Below, piece by piece: positions 24,273 to 36,126 of a stretch of DNA of 64,000 nucleotides. Position 1 is the stretch's first letter, and every line of letters starts with the position of its first letter. The position numbers and the translations under genes were made by a program. The notes below the pieces were generated by a model. That model was given only the letters and a program-made list of their open reading frames with translations, was not told the origin of the DNA and did no database searches. This DNA is from Octopus vulgaris (Eukaryota): contig OX597820.1 in NCBI GenBank assembly GCA_951406725.2, positions 24,614,001 to 24,678,000 on the forward strand, read 5' to 3'.

Positions 24273-24809
24273 ATGTATGTATGTATGTATGCATGCATGA
24301 ATGTATGTATGTATGTATGTATGTATGTACATACGTATGTATGTATGTATGTGTGTATATATGTATGTACATGTGTATGTATGTATGTTTGTATATCTCT
24401 GTGTGTCTGTATGTATGCGTGTATGCATGTTTGTATGTATAGTGCGCCTGTGTCTCTTTAGTTGTAAATATGTATTTAGACTTCTATTTTGTGTTTACTG
24501 TTTATACCGAAGCGGTTTGAAAATGAAAGCTTATATGAAAATGAAATTATGTAAAAGATAAACTTTGGAAACGCCTAACAACTCACTTGCTCTCTCTCTC
24601 TCTCTCTCTCTCTCCCTCTCTTTCTCTCTCTCTCTCTCTCCCTCTCTTTCTCTCTCTCTCTCTCTCTCTCATACAATGAACGAAAATAATGATTAAAAAA
24701 AAACAGTCGAATAATGCTTAAGTACTCAATGTAAATAAAATCCGGCTAACAGAACTGTCCAGTCAAGATTACGATAATCTGTTTTGATTGTTATTTTTTC
24801 TTGTGACAG

Positions 24810-24860
24810 GTGCAACTGCAAATGCGGAGTTGATCACCAATTAGTGATGTTGCTGCATTA
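24810..24860 (+). other. Candidate non-coding 5' UTR exon of the 27926 gene
   Basis: ttattttttcttgtgacag| acceptor and |gtaagg donor in non-repetitive DNA; signals only. Confidence 0.25.
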
Positions 24861-25324
24861 GTAAGGAGACAAGGAAACATGTTCAATGATATTTATTTCG
24901 CTTACGCGTGTTTCAAATAGTTGAACAAATTGAATCCTTTGCTCATTGGGATTAGGATGCTTAATCGACCCTTCAGTGAATCGACTATTTAACCAAATTT
25001 ACGAAGCTGTTGACTACTAATCCATTCTATTCAAGGCTTTAATCACTTTGTTAGATCTTAGGCTTGGGGATACACAATGAGAGCATTGAAAAGGGGTGGT
25101 ATAAGCTATAAACATCAGACCAACCTCCTGAATTTATTACTCTGTGTGCCTTCTATAGTCATAGGAGTTAGTTTTTTTTTTTTATCATATGCTATTAATA
25201 TAATGTTTGTTATGAGAACACAGCAATAGTATTTGCTTAATGACCAAATAAATATCTTTATACTTGATGTCGTCAAGTGCAAATTACTTTGTAGCAGAAA
25301 ACAGAGTGTACTGTCAAAAGCATG

Positions 25325-25648
25325 TACCGTTGCTAGAGTGTTCGACTCACGATCGTACAGTTCAATGACTTCGATTCACGGCGACGCCTTGTGTCCTTAA
25401 GTAAGACACTTTATTAAACCTTGCTCCAGTCCATGCAGCTAGCAAAATTGGGTTGGCTTTCTGTTTCAAAAGGCCAGCTTTGTCACACCCTGTGTCACGC
25501 TGAATCTCGCTGAAAACTACGTTCAGGTTACGCGCGTCTCTGGAACTGTGGAGTATTCAGCCACTTACACCTTAATTTCACGAGCACCTTAACTTCACGT
25601 TGATCGAATGAGCTGGAACACTCGTCGACGTAACCGACGGAGTGCCAA
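25325..25648 (+). mobile_element. SINE family E
   Basis: Reverse-complement similarity to 13325-13640. Confidence 0.75.
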
Positions 25649-26121
25649 TATGCACACTGGTATATATATATATATATATGAAGCCATTGAAAAGATTTCT
25701 ATTAAATAAAATTATATGAAATAAAATATCTTTAAAAGTGAAGTTAAGTTACGAATCGTTAGAAGAAATCAATCAAATGGAATATACTCTAGAGAAAGTG
25801 TAATTTACTGTGTTTTAATTGCGGAAGTTATATATCAAGATAGGAAATTACATTGAATTTCAAACTTATCAGGGAAAGAGTGTTTACGACCTAATTATTA
25901 GGGAAAAGAAAATTTTGGAAGAGGAATCATTAAAATATCATAAAGTGCCGAAGCGATTAACAATTATGCAACTATAGCAGAAATAGAATGACAGAGGCTG
26001 AGAGAAGCAGAAAATAGCTGCACTACAGGTTTTTTGTATGAGTTTGCCTTCTCCTAGAAAGACGTTCTAACGATAACTAGGAGCCCTTCACTCCCAGTGG
26101 TGCCACATGATAGTAAAATGA

Positions 26122-26286
26122 TAGGAGTGGCTGCGTGGCAGGTAGCTTGCTTACCAACCACATAACTCCGGGTTCAGTCCCATTGCGTGGCACCTTGGGC
26201 AAGTGTTTTCTACTATAGCCTCGGGCCGACCAAAGCCTTGTGATTGGATTTGGTAGACGGAAACTGAGAGAATCCCATCGTATATA

Positions 26287-26331
<45 letters not shown>

Positions 26332-26558
26332 TTGTGAGTCTGTGTTTGTTCCCCCCCCCCCTCCGCCAACATCGCTTGACAACTGATGCTGGTGTGTTTA
26401 CGTCCCCGTAACTTAGCGGTTCGGCTAAGCGACCGATAGAATAAGTACTAGGCTTACAAAGAATAAGTCATTGGGTCGATTTGCTCGACAAAAAGCGGTG
26501 TTCCAGCATGGCCGCAGTCAAATGATTGAAACAAGCAAAAGAGTAAAGAGTAAAGAGT
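26122..26558 (+). mobile_element. SINE family B, full length
   Basis: ggttcagtccc B-box-like, ccttgggcaagt CORE-like start, central (TA)n/(TG)n, tail ...tgaaacaagcaaaagagtaaagag. Confidence 0.88.
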
Positions 26559-26769
26559 AGGGACTCTAACAAGTTGTTCTACTCTGGGTCAGATTAGACC
26601 TAGGAACAATGGTGGCTAAGAGGTTTATTTCATGCTCCCCAAAATCAAGGAACCCCTGTACAAGGGCCCTGTACCTGATGCTTTTTAAAGTCATAGCCCG
26701 GACGTACGTACATACATACATACATACATACATACATACATACATACATACATACATACATACATACAT

Positions 26770-27095
26770 AGATTTGGGATAGAGAAGAGAAACTGTGCAT
26801 AGTTGTGGAAATTAGTTGCCTAGCGGATGTTAACATAAAGTTAAAGATCAGTGAAAAAGAGAACACCTATGTTGAACTATTGAGAAATATGTAGTTACTC
26901 TATCCAGATTAAATGTTCAGGTCTATACCTATAATTATTGGGGACCTGGTATATGTAACACACTGCCTAAATACCAATCTTGAAAAATTAGGATTCTCAA
27001 AAACAGAAAGGAGAAAGCTAATTCGAAGACTACAGATCCAACCCATTACTGGAACTGTAAAGATCCGTAAAACTTTCCTGAAGCATATTATTTAA
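26770..27095 (+). pseudogene. R4/Dong-like REL endonuclease C-terminal fragment
   Basis: [17 protein letters not shown]...SEKENTY..L...IPIIIG with internal stops; 5' end abuts (CATA)n. Confidence 0.75.
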
Positions 27096-27196
27096 ACATA
27101 TATGAGTATGTCTAGATATGTAACTATATGTAGATTTTCGGTATAATTATACTAATGTGTCCATCTGTTCTAATTTAATTAAATTCTATGTCTTTG

Positions 27197-27283
27197 TGCA
27201 GCTGAAGATTGCTCTACATTTTACATTGATGTAATGATTGCATTGTTCAATTAAATGAAGTTGCCTGAAACGATCGTACTGCA
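27197..27283 (+). ncRNA. Type I hammerhead motif (canonical core, long domain II)
   Basis: tgcag-CTGAAGA-(58 nt)-GAAA-cgatcg-TA-ctgca: stem I closes, palindromic stem III, GUA triplet; base of stem II is imperfect. Confidence 0.72.
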
Positions 27284-27402
27284 TTGCCTCTGGATATCTT
27301 TGTTGCATATTTTGATTTTAATCACCTTAATTTGAAATTGCATGGATAATACCGTACTAAATTCTGTAGCCTCAACTTAAGTACCATATTCATCTGAATC
27401 TG

Positions 27403-27497
<95 letters not shown>

Positions 27498-27925
27498 TAC
27501 ATGTACGCACACATGCATATACACACTCGTATATAGTCATACGTGTACAAATACATACAGCTGTATAAATACATATATTCGTATATGCGAGCGTATCTTT
27601 TTTCGCTTTTAATCACTTTTTACCATTTGTTCTTTTATATTTTCACGACTTTATAATAAATAATAAAATCTTTCTGTCTTTCATTCCTTGTTTCTTTTCT
27701 TCTTTCTTTCCTTCTTACTTTCGTTCATTCCTTTCTTTTACCTCCTCTTACATCTGCGCCATTTTTTTTTATATTAATGCTATCACTGTTCTTATAATTA
27801 TTAACGATGTTGTCATAAACAAAATTATTACTAGTTTGCTAAAAGCTTCAGGTTGTCTTCGTTCGTTTATCGTTTCAGATGCTGCATTCACGGCGTAAAA
27901 AACATAATGTCCACACCGGTCGAGG

Positions 27926-28339
27926 ATGTTAGCTAATAACAATAATAATAATAATGCCATATCACTGCTAGTTTGGCTGCTTTGTATGTGGACCACAACA
28001 GGGTTCGCTACGAACGCTGCATTAGACTATGACCAAATTCACATCCTTGGCCTCTGCGACCCGGACATTTACAAAGATTGCGTCGACGCCTTCACCAACT
28101 TTTTACCCAACAGAGACAACGTAGGACCTTTTGAGACGTTTTATTATAATTGGTCGGTGATTAAGGCCAAAAAGGATTTCGCTACAGGACTACGAGAGAT
28201 GGACGGTGTGTGCAGCAAATATACATACCACGTGATGGTAGCTTTCGGTTTAACACCGACAATGATGACAGCAGCGCTTACAGCTGACACGTTCAACATA
28301 ACGCTTTTGGCTTATGACACGACGCCTGGACACATTTTG
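27926..28339 (+). CDS. First coding exon of a membrane receptor: signal peptide + start of ATD/Venus-flytrap-like ectodomain, probably NMDA-type/ionotropic glutamate receptor family
   Basis: Non-repetitive 138-codon ORF; hydrophobic leader AISLLVWLLCMWTTTGFA; beta/alpha pattern IHILGL...DFATGLREMDGVCSKYTYHVMVAFG...ALTADTFNITLLAY parallels the GluN ATD; acceptor tttcag| at 27878 and phase-0 donor |gtgagt at 28340. The exon call is firm, the family call is by eye. Confidence 0.75.
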
Positions 28340-28373
28340 GTGAGTAATTGACTTTATTCTGATTTTTATTATC

Positions 28374-28415
<42 letters not shown>

Positions 28416-28416
28416 A

Positions 28417-28450
<34 letters not shown>

Positions 28451-28496
28451 CCTACCTATCCATCTATCTATCTACCTACTTACCTATCTACCCACA

Positions 28497-28561
<65 letters not shown>

Positions 28562-29997
28562 GTCTGTCTGTCTGTCTGTCTGTATATCTATCTATCTACC
28601 AGTCTATTTGTTTGTCTGTATATCTATATGTCTGTATATCGGTTTGTATATCTATCTATCTATGTATTTGTTCCTTTTTACCCAATATTTGCAGGCTATT
28701 CTTCTTTACTATAACTTCGAGATTCATTATTCCCCAAAATAAACACACACATAAATACATATAGACACATACACACACACACACATAAAGACATATACAT
28801 ATGCAAAATATTTTGTGCCGAATAAACACACACACTATATACTCGCTCTTCACTTCAGCTTTATTATTGTTCTTATTTTAGTGATCGTCTGAAATCTATC
28901 GTCATACATACATTGACTTCTCCAACGACTCTCTATCCCAGAACTGGAGGAGACACGTGGGATGAGGAGTTACTGAAGAGGTCAGAGATGTGAATGAAGA
29001 CCAAGTATATAGTGCGTGTGTTTAATAGGCAAAAAATATGACCTTCCCAAAATATAACATTATCTAGGAGAGGTTGGTAATCAATAAATTATTAAGCTAC
29101 ATCAGGATGCGAGTAGGTTCAGTTTTGGTAACATGCTCACGTATTGTTTATAACAAAAGAAAGGAGAAAAAAACGGGAAGTGGGGAAAAAGTAAGCTGCA
29201 CGTATAACACATAACTTAGAAGCAGCGCTACGGATGTGACAGCACACACGAGATTGACACATGGCCGACCTCACGCACTTCTCATGAGGAATTCCGGAAG
29301 GAGCTTCGTGAGATCACTGCTGAAACGCTTCCGGAAAAAAAGAAAAGCCGTTGTAAAACAGATTATAGCAGCGACTCCATCAATTCCTAGAGGTATCTGA
29401 AGAAGGAATTTTTATTCCGAAGTATATCAGACTATGGATGATTAAATTAAAACAGTTATTATAGTCCATTGTTTGTATTATAGTGCATTGTTGTGTCATT
29501 CAAAACATTTTATTTTTTATAACATCATCTGGCTCAAATTCACGATTTAACATCGGGAACCTTGCAAAACAAATACATACTAGTAGGACCCATGTAAATT
29601 CCACAGAATAGAAAAAATTAAGAGGACCTACTCAAGAAAGAAAAAATGATTTGCATTTTTATAGCCTTCATAGTCTAGCTATTCTGTAAATAAACTTGAC
29701 GTTCATCTACATTTATTTCCTCACGTCTCCGTCGATGTTGTCTTTTTCTTCTTTTTATGATATCTTCTCTCTGTTTCTCTCTGATCTGTGCTCTATATCT
29801 GCACATCTTTTCTCGGGCAGCTTGTAATCGTATTTCTTGTGAATTCAGCGATTAAGCTAAATTAAACATAAGCAAATATCAATTTTTGAAGCAGACGATA
29901 AATAATTGCTTCTCCGCATATGCGATGGTCACTAGGAAAAAGTAAATTCAATAAAAAAGACAATTTTTCAATATCAACACACCTCCACCGCTATGTG

Positions 29998-30032
<35 letters not shown>

Positions 30033-30467
30033 ATAACCGCCTCCCCTGTCAATCTCTTTCTTTCCACCTTCCTCTCCAGCTAACTTTTTAATCACGTAAT
30101 AAGTTTTCCTTGCCCACTCCACTGCGCGTCGTTAACACTTCTCGCTCCTTCTTTTTCTCTCGTCATCTTTTTCTCTCATCATCTTTTTCTCTCATTCTTT
30201 GCCTCTACCTTCAGCTGACCATAAAGCCATCGACTGTCTGTTCTTTATTCACTCTTCTCTCTCGCTTTCTTTCTCTCGCCCTTAACCCCTCTCACTCAGT
30301 CCTCCTCTACCTCTTTAACTAACTAATGTATAACGGGTGAATGAAGAAGCAGATTATTATATAGATATCCATTTATTTTATGTTTATAAGAGTATGTATG
30401 AACGTGTATGGGTATTACATGAAAACATATGCCCTTTCAGTTAATATTCAATGTAACCAAATATAAC

Positions 30468-30518
<51 letters not shown>

Positions 30519-30578
30519 TTCACTTCAGAAATGTCACCACAGGTGGAACGTTGGCGATTTTCCTTCTTTGCCTTTCTC

Positions 30579-30614
30579 CTTTCCGACGAAGAACCACGCT
30601 TGAAACGTCAAAAA
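30579..30614 (+). ncRNA. Degenerate minimal hammerhead motif (PLE-type)
   Basis: ttt-CCGACGA-agaaccacgctt-GAAA-cg-TC-aaa; U4->C and weakened stem II. Confidence 0.45.
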
Positions 30615-30884
30615 CACTCTCTTTTCATCGAACATCAAAACACTATGATTTTTGAGCACGTCCGTACATTCGTTATTTTATCTCTTTCGTTATTTTTCCG
30701 CTATTTTTTCTTTTTACGTTATCTCTTCATTTTTTATTATTATATGAATTGAATATATATATTTGTACACACATACACACAAAAGCATATATAAACCGTA
30801 ACCGACACATACAGCGAGCATCATTGGGTAGCGATACCATACTTTCGCCAATATTTTTAGGTAGCTCCCTGCTTATGATACATT

Positions 30885-31085
30885 CTCTTTTAATCTTTTA
30901 CTTGTTTCAGTCATTTGGAGCACCGCCTTTTAGTCGAGCAAATCGACCCCAGGACTTAGCCTTTGTAAGCCTAGTACTTATTCTATCGGTGTCTTTTGCC
31001 GAACCGCTAAGTTACGAGAACGTAAACACGCCAGCGTCGGGTGTCAAGCGATGTTTGCGGGACAAACACAGACACACAAACATCT
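30885..31085 (-). mobile_element. SINE family B, 3' half
   Basis: Reverse complement of the family B tail. Confidence 0.75.
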
Positions 31086-31189
31086 ACATACATACATACA
31101 TACATACATACATACATACATACATACATACATACATACATACATACATCGTTCATTCTGAAACGCACCCAACAGATAACAAAGGTTAT

Positions 31190-31990
31190 GAGCGGTCACT
31201 AAATCTGTTAGAAACGGCAACAACATCTCTCTCAAATTTTGCTTTATAATCTTCTTCGTAAAGAAAGGAAGTCACACATTCGATTATGTATTTTCGTACA
31301 TATACCAAGTCTGAAAAATGCAATGACGAGATGGTCACGGCTAAAACAACTTTCATCATATGTACGCTTGATCAGGGCTGACCCGGGGCTAAATATCAAC
31401 AACAACAGCAACAGTAACGACGGCAAAGATCACATTGAACTACCGTTTTCTTCTTTTGAAAGTTGACCTTGTATCTGATTAGTTTGACATTATCGTTAAT
31501 CAATGATTTTTCCTTTCAATCAACATCTAATTATATAATTATACAACTACGTAATTATATTAATTATGTAATTGTGTAATAAGTCTCAGCCATGTAGCAA
31601 TCAAGCATTTCGAAAAAGCCTCGATGTTGTCACTCGATCTGTTAGAGATAGCAGTAAAATATCCCTGAAATCACTCCATACAGTCTTAGATAATACGGGA
31701 CATATTGGAGAGCTTAGTTCTCGATAGACTGTGAACATTCTGACAAGAAGACAGGATGAATGGTAACGGTTGAAATACGGTTAAATCAACGAAAAATATT
31801 TAAACCACATTGGCCCATCGATAGAACGACCAAGGTCTCAATGAATGTGCTAGAAATAGCTGCCAATTCTTAAAATCAGTCGCGAACGCCTGAAAAAGGA
31901 AAACTGATCGAAAGTATAGCCTTAAGAAAACACTTCCATTTCTAAAACAAAGATGGAATGGTCGAGACTGGAACGCCTTTAAATGCATAA
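31190..31990 (+). repeat. Three decayed copies of an unclassified interspersed repeat
   Basis: Recurrent tg(c/t)tagaaatagc...atggtcacggctggaac-like blocks at ~31200, ~31640, ~31850. Confidence 0.45.
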
Positions 31991-32817
31991 GCAATTTTGA
32001 ATACATACACAATTTAAAGCAATTTGAACCCACGAGGGCAGTAACGCCAGAATTTCAGGCATCATTAAATTTCTCTCACTCTTCTTCTTCTTCTTCTTCT
32101 TCTTCTTCTTCTTCTTCTTCTTCTCCATTCGCTATTTCCATATTTCCCCCCGCCCCGCTACTTTTATCCCCGTTCCGTTACCATAGCCTACACTCTCACC
32201 AAACCAGAGAGTCTCCCTCTTTGATAACTGATCAAATCTAGAATACCCTTTAGAAATTCTTCGTGTCTGTTTAATCTTTACCAGTCACTCTTGAACAACT
32301 CATTTCCATTCGAAGTGTCATTTTTCACAACACTGTGGCACTCAATAACTGTCTTCCAACTTTACGATCAATTTGTCAATTCATATGTGTCAGCATGTCC
32401 GTTATAGCTGTTAATAAATGAGAGATGACCATCTTCTTAGAAATCAAGCGAGAATAGAAATTTGAATATGAATTTAAGGAATACAACGAAGAAAATAACA
32501 GATTTCTCATTTAATTGTTTGTCTAGTATGAAGTTCTTACACTTTCTAGTTGTTGAGGACCATGTATGGTGTTATTTCATCCTTACATTTATCTACAGCA
32601 TGAATTAAACTTTAACTTATAAGCTAGATATATTACGAAGAGAAACATTTTTCAATGTGTTTTAATTGTATTTTTATCATCCTTATCTTCTCCAGTGTCA
32701 CCGAATTTCTATTTTCTCACCATCATTTTTAAAATTATTGTCATCACCCGCAAATCTGTTTATAATAAAAGTCTTAAATTTTGCTATCATTTTCATAGCT
32801 ATCATAGTTATGAACAT

Positions 32818-33160
32818 GGATCTTTACCTTTTGACCGGCAGATTTAGAAAATAATTTTTTGTAACTTAACACTTTCAAACTTCGTATAGTGGTAGAATGT
32901 GTCATATAAAACATCTATTACTCTTAACGTTTTTGAGAAAAGTTTATATTTACGAAGCTATTTCGTGTTAAAGTTGCCGTATTTCGGTAATTTCAACAAA
33001 TCAATGACGTTTATTCAGCTGAATAGAATTACTGCAACAACAACTTCCGGCGGTGTAAAAGATGTTTTATATGACACATTCTACCACTGTCCGAAGTTTG
33101 AAAATGTTTAGTTACAAAAAATTTTAATTTCTCGATCTGCCGTTCAAAGGGAAAAGATCC
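32818..33160. mobile_element. MITE with ~100-bp TIRs and 8-bp TSD (Merlin-like)
   Basis: atgaacat|GGATCTTT...AAAGATCC|atgaacat; long imperfect TIRs. Confidence 0.85.
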
Positions 33161-33741
33161 ATGAACATTACTGTTTTCACCACCTACTTCCACTGCTACT
33201 ACTTCCACTGCTCCTACTTCCACTGCTTCTACTTCCACTTCACGTTTACGGTTTGTTATTTTAGTCTCTCGTGGTCTGAGAAAGACGGTTCGGTAAATTC
33301 TTACGAAACAACAAATTCCCTGAAGAGGTGCACGGTGTCCCACATGTCAGGTGTCGAAGTTATCACAAGGCAACGTGAAATGAGGTGTTTTGCTCAAAAA
33401 CACAACGTAAAACCCGGTTCAAGAATTGAAACTGCCATGTCGGCATCGTGAATGAAACTCCTAAACCACTTAACCAATCGCCTTCAAACGTTTACAAAGT
33501 ACATAAACCAAGCACAGGTAGATCATGTCCCAATATATTTACTAGTATTCTACGAGGGTAAAAAATATTAGAAGTTATTTTAAATTATACAATACATAGG
33601 CTCAGGAGTGTGGTAAGTAGCTTGCTCACCGACTACAAGGTTCCGGGTTCAGTCACACTGTATGTCACCTTCTGTTATAGCCGCGAGCCGACCAAAGCCT
33701 TGTGAGTGGATTTGGTAGACGGACACTGAAAGAAGCCCATC

Positions 33742-33791
<50 letters not shown>

Positions 33792-34072
33792 ACAATTGAG
33801 GGTAAAATTAATTAATCAATTTCACCAAGTGTTCAGTATGTAAAAGGACCATTTAAGGCGAATTCAAAATATTACATTATATAATTAGGGCTTAGTAAAA
33901 TAAAATAAATTACTTTGCCACATACTGAACTTAGTAGAAATAGCAGCCCAAAAAAAAATTTTTTTAGTCGTTTCTACTACTTAAAGAAAATTTCTCTCAG
34001 ATAATGTTTACTCCAGACAGCTCACGAAGGTTTGGAGGTAAATACAGAAAAATATCACAAGTACATAGATCA

Positions 34073-34135
34073 TTTGAGTACGTCAACGTTTCAAGATTAG
34101 CCAAGTAAAATCAGTATTTCTTTCGTCAGCTCAAA
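34073..34135 (-). ncRNA. Type I hammerhead ribozyme (left-arm copy)
   Basis: Reverse complement of 34876-34938 with one substitution in domain II. Confidence 0.85.
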
Positions 34136-34875
34136 ATTTCTTAATTTGGATTTGGAAACACTAAAAAGAAGGAACCTTACCTATCTGCGAACTTGTCGCT
34201 TCAAATGAACCAGCTCCGACTGACAGTGCTAACAAATTCAAAATGCGCAGGCGTAAATTTCTGCACTCCTTTTCCACCCACGTGGTCTATCTAGCAAACA
34301 CTATATTTTAACCGCGAGAAGCGAGGTAGTAAGACAGAGAGAAATGAATTATAATATCAACAATTGCGGGTAAAATTAATTAATCAATTTCACCAAGTGT
34401 TCAGTATGTAAAAGGACCATTTAAGGCGAATTCAAAATATTACATTATATAATTAGGGCTTAGTAAAATAAAATAAATTACTTTGCCACATACTGAACTT
34501 AGTAGAAATAGCAGCCAAAAAAAAATTTTTTTAGTCGTTTCTACTACTTAAGCTCTAATTATATAATGTAATATTTTGAATTCGCCTTAAATGGTCCTTT
34601 TACATACTGAACACTTGGTGAAATTGATTAATTAATTTTACCCTCAATTGTTGATATTATAATTCATTTCTCTCTGTCATACTACCTCGGTTCTCGCGGT
34701 TAAAATATAGTGTTTGCTAGATAGACCACGTGGGTGGAAAAGGAGTGCAGAAATTTACGCCTGCGCATTTTGAATTTGTTAGCACTGTCAGTCGGAGCTG
34801 GTTCATTTGAAGCGACAAGTTCGCAGATAGGTAAGATTCCTTCTTTTTAGTGTTTCCAAATCCAAATTAAGAAAT

Positions 34876-34938
34876 TTTGAGCTGACGAAAGAAATGCTGA
34901 TTTTACTTGGCTAATCTTGAAACGTTGACGTACTCAAA
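34876..34938 (+). ncRNA. Type I hammerhead ribozyme, intact core
   Basis: tttgag-CTGACGA-aaga...tctt-GAAA-cgttgacg-TA-ctcaaa: all core nucleotides, three stems, GUA cleavage triplet (34930-34932). Confidence 0.88.
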
Positions 34939-35126
34939 CGATCTATGTACTTGTGATATTTTTCTGTATTTACCTCCAAACCTTCGTGAGCTGTCTGGAG
35001 TAAACATTATCTGAGAGAAATTTTCTTTAAGTAGTAGAAACGACTAAAAAAAATTTTTTTTGGCTGCTATTTCTACTAAGTTCAGTATGTGGCAAAGTAA
35101 TTTATTTTATTTTACTAAGCCCTAAT

Positions 35127-35190
<64 letters not shown>

Positions 35191-35409
35191 GTATGTATAC
35201 GTTTGTGTGTTTGTGTTTGTCCCCCAACATAGCTTGACAACCAATACTGGTGTGTTTATGTCCCGTAACTTAGCGGCTCGGCAAAAGAGACCGATAGAAT
35301 AAGCACTAGGCTTACAAAGAGTAAATCCTGGGGTCGATTTGCTCGACTAAAGGCGGTGCTCCAGCATGGCCACAGTTAAATGACTGAAACAAGTAAAAGA
35401 ATAAACCGA

Positions 35410-35600
35410 AAATTTATAATGTTAATACAATGTAAGAAAGGGGTATAACAGTATTGCTATTTTATTGTGTCTGGGGAGAATCATTCACTTTTAGTGCCTT
35501 ATTATTTAACACACACACCGGTTCTATTGCCACTCATTTACTTCTTTATTTTTTCTAAAATTTTCGTTGCTTCTTGCAAACTTTTCAATAGTCGTTGACT
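35410..35600 (-). mobile_element. PLE-type remnant with U3-A8 hammerhead-like motif (35555-35591)
   Basis: Minus strand cta-TTGAAAA-g-tttgc aagaa gcaac-GAAA-at-TT-tag; homologous to 56945-57142. Confidence 0.55.
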
Positions 35601-35679
35601 CTGTCCGTTATCAGAGCTGTGTTCTTTTTGTTTGTTTATTTGTGCGCATGTGTGTGCGTCAGTTTGCATGCGCATGCAC

Positions 35680-35710
<31 letters not shown>

Positions 35711-36008
35711 TGTATGTATGTATGTATGTATGTATGTATGTATATATGTATGTATGTATGTATGTATGTGCGTGTATGCATGTATGTATATGCATCTATA
35801 TATGTATGCATGTGTGTATTCTGCATATTCATGTATTTGTGTTCATGCTTGTGTGTTTGTATCTGTACTTGTATTTGTGTGTGTATATGGTCATGTATTT
35901 CAGTCTTCATTTGTGTATGTACGTGTGTATGTGTGTATGTTCTTGTCTGTCCGTATTACCTATGTAACACCTATCTATCTGTTTAGTTACATATCCACTT
36001 ACCTACAT

Positions 36009-36041
<33 letters not shown>

Positions 36042-36075
36042 TGTATGTATTTATAAATACATACATGAATTTATA

Positions 36076-36126
<51 letters not shown>

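Larger units (their letters stand above)
33786..35134. mobile_element. Head-to-head, circularly permuted ~567-nt hammerhead element (retrozyme/PLE-type)
   Basis: Left arm 33786-34551 has period 568; right arm 34549-35134 is inverted with period 567; no ORF; (TA)n on both flanks. Confidence 0.9.
33597..35404 (+). mobile_element. SINE family B split by the 1.35-kb fold-back insert in its central (TA)n
   Basis: Head/body at 33597-33743; tail resumes at ~35200. Confidence 0.85.

Noticed and set aside
29290-29340. ttccggaag…cttccggaa hairpin / paired ETS-like sites
   Set aside because: Short, single occurrence, no supporting context for a promoter or RNA
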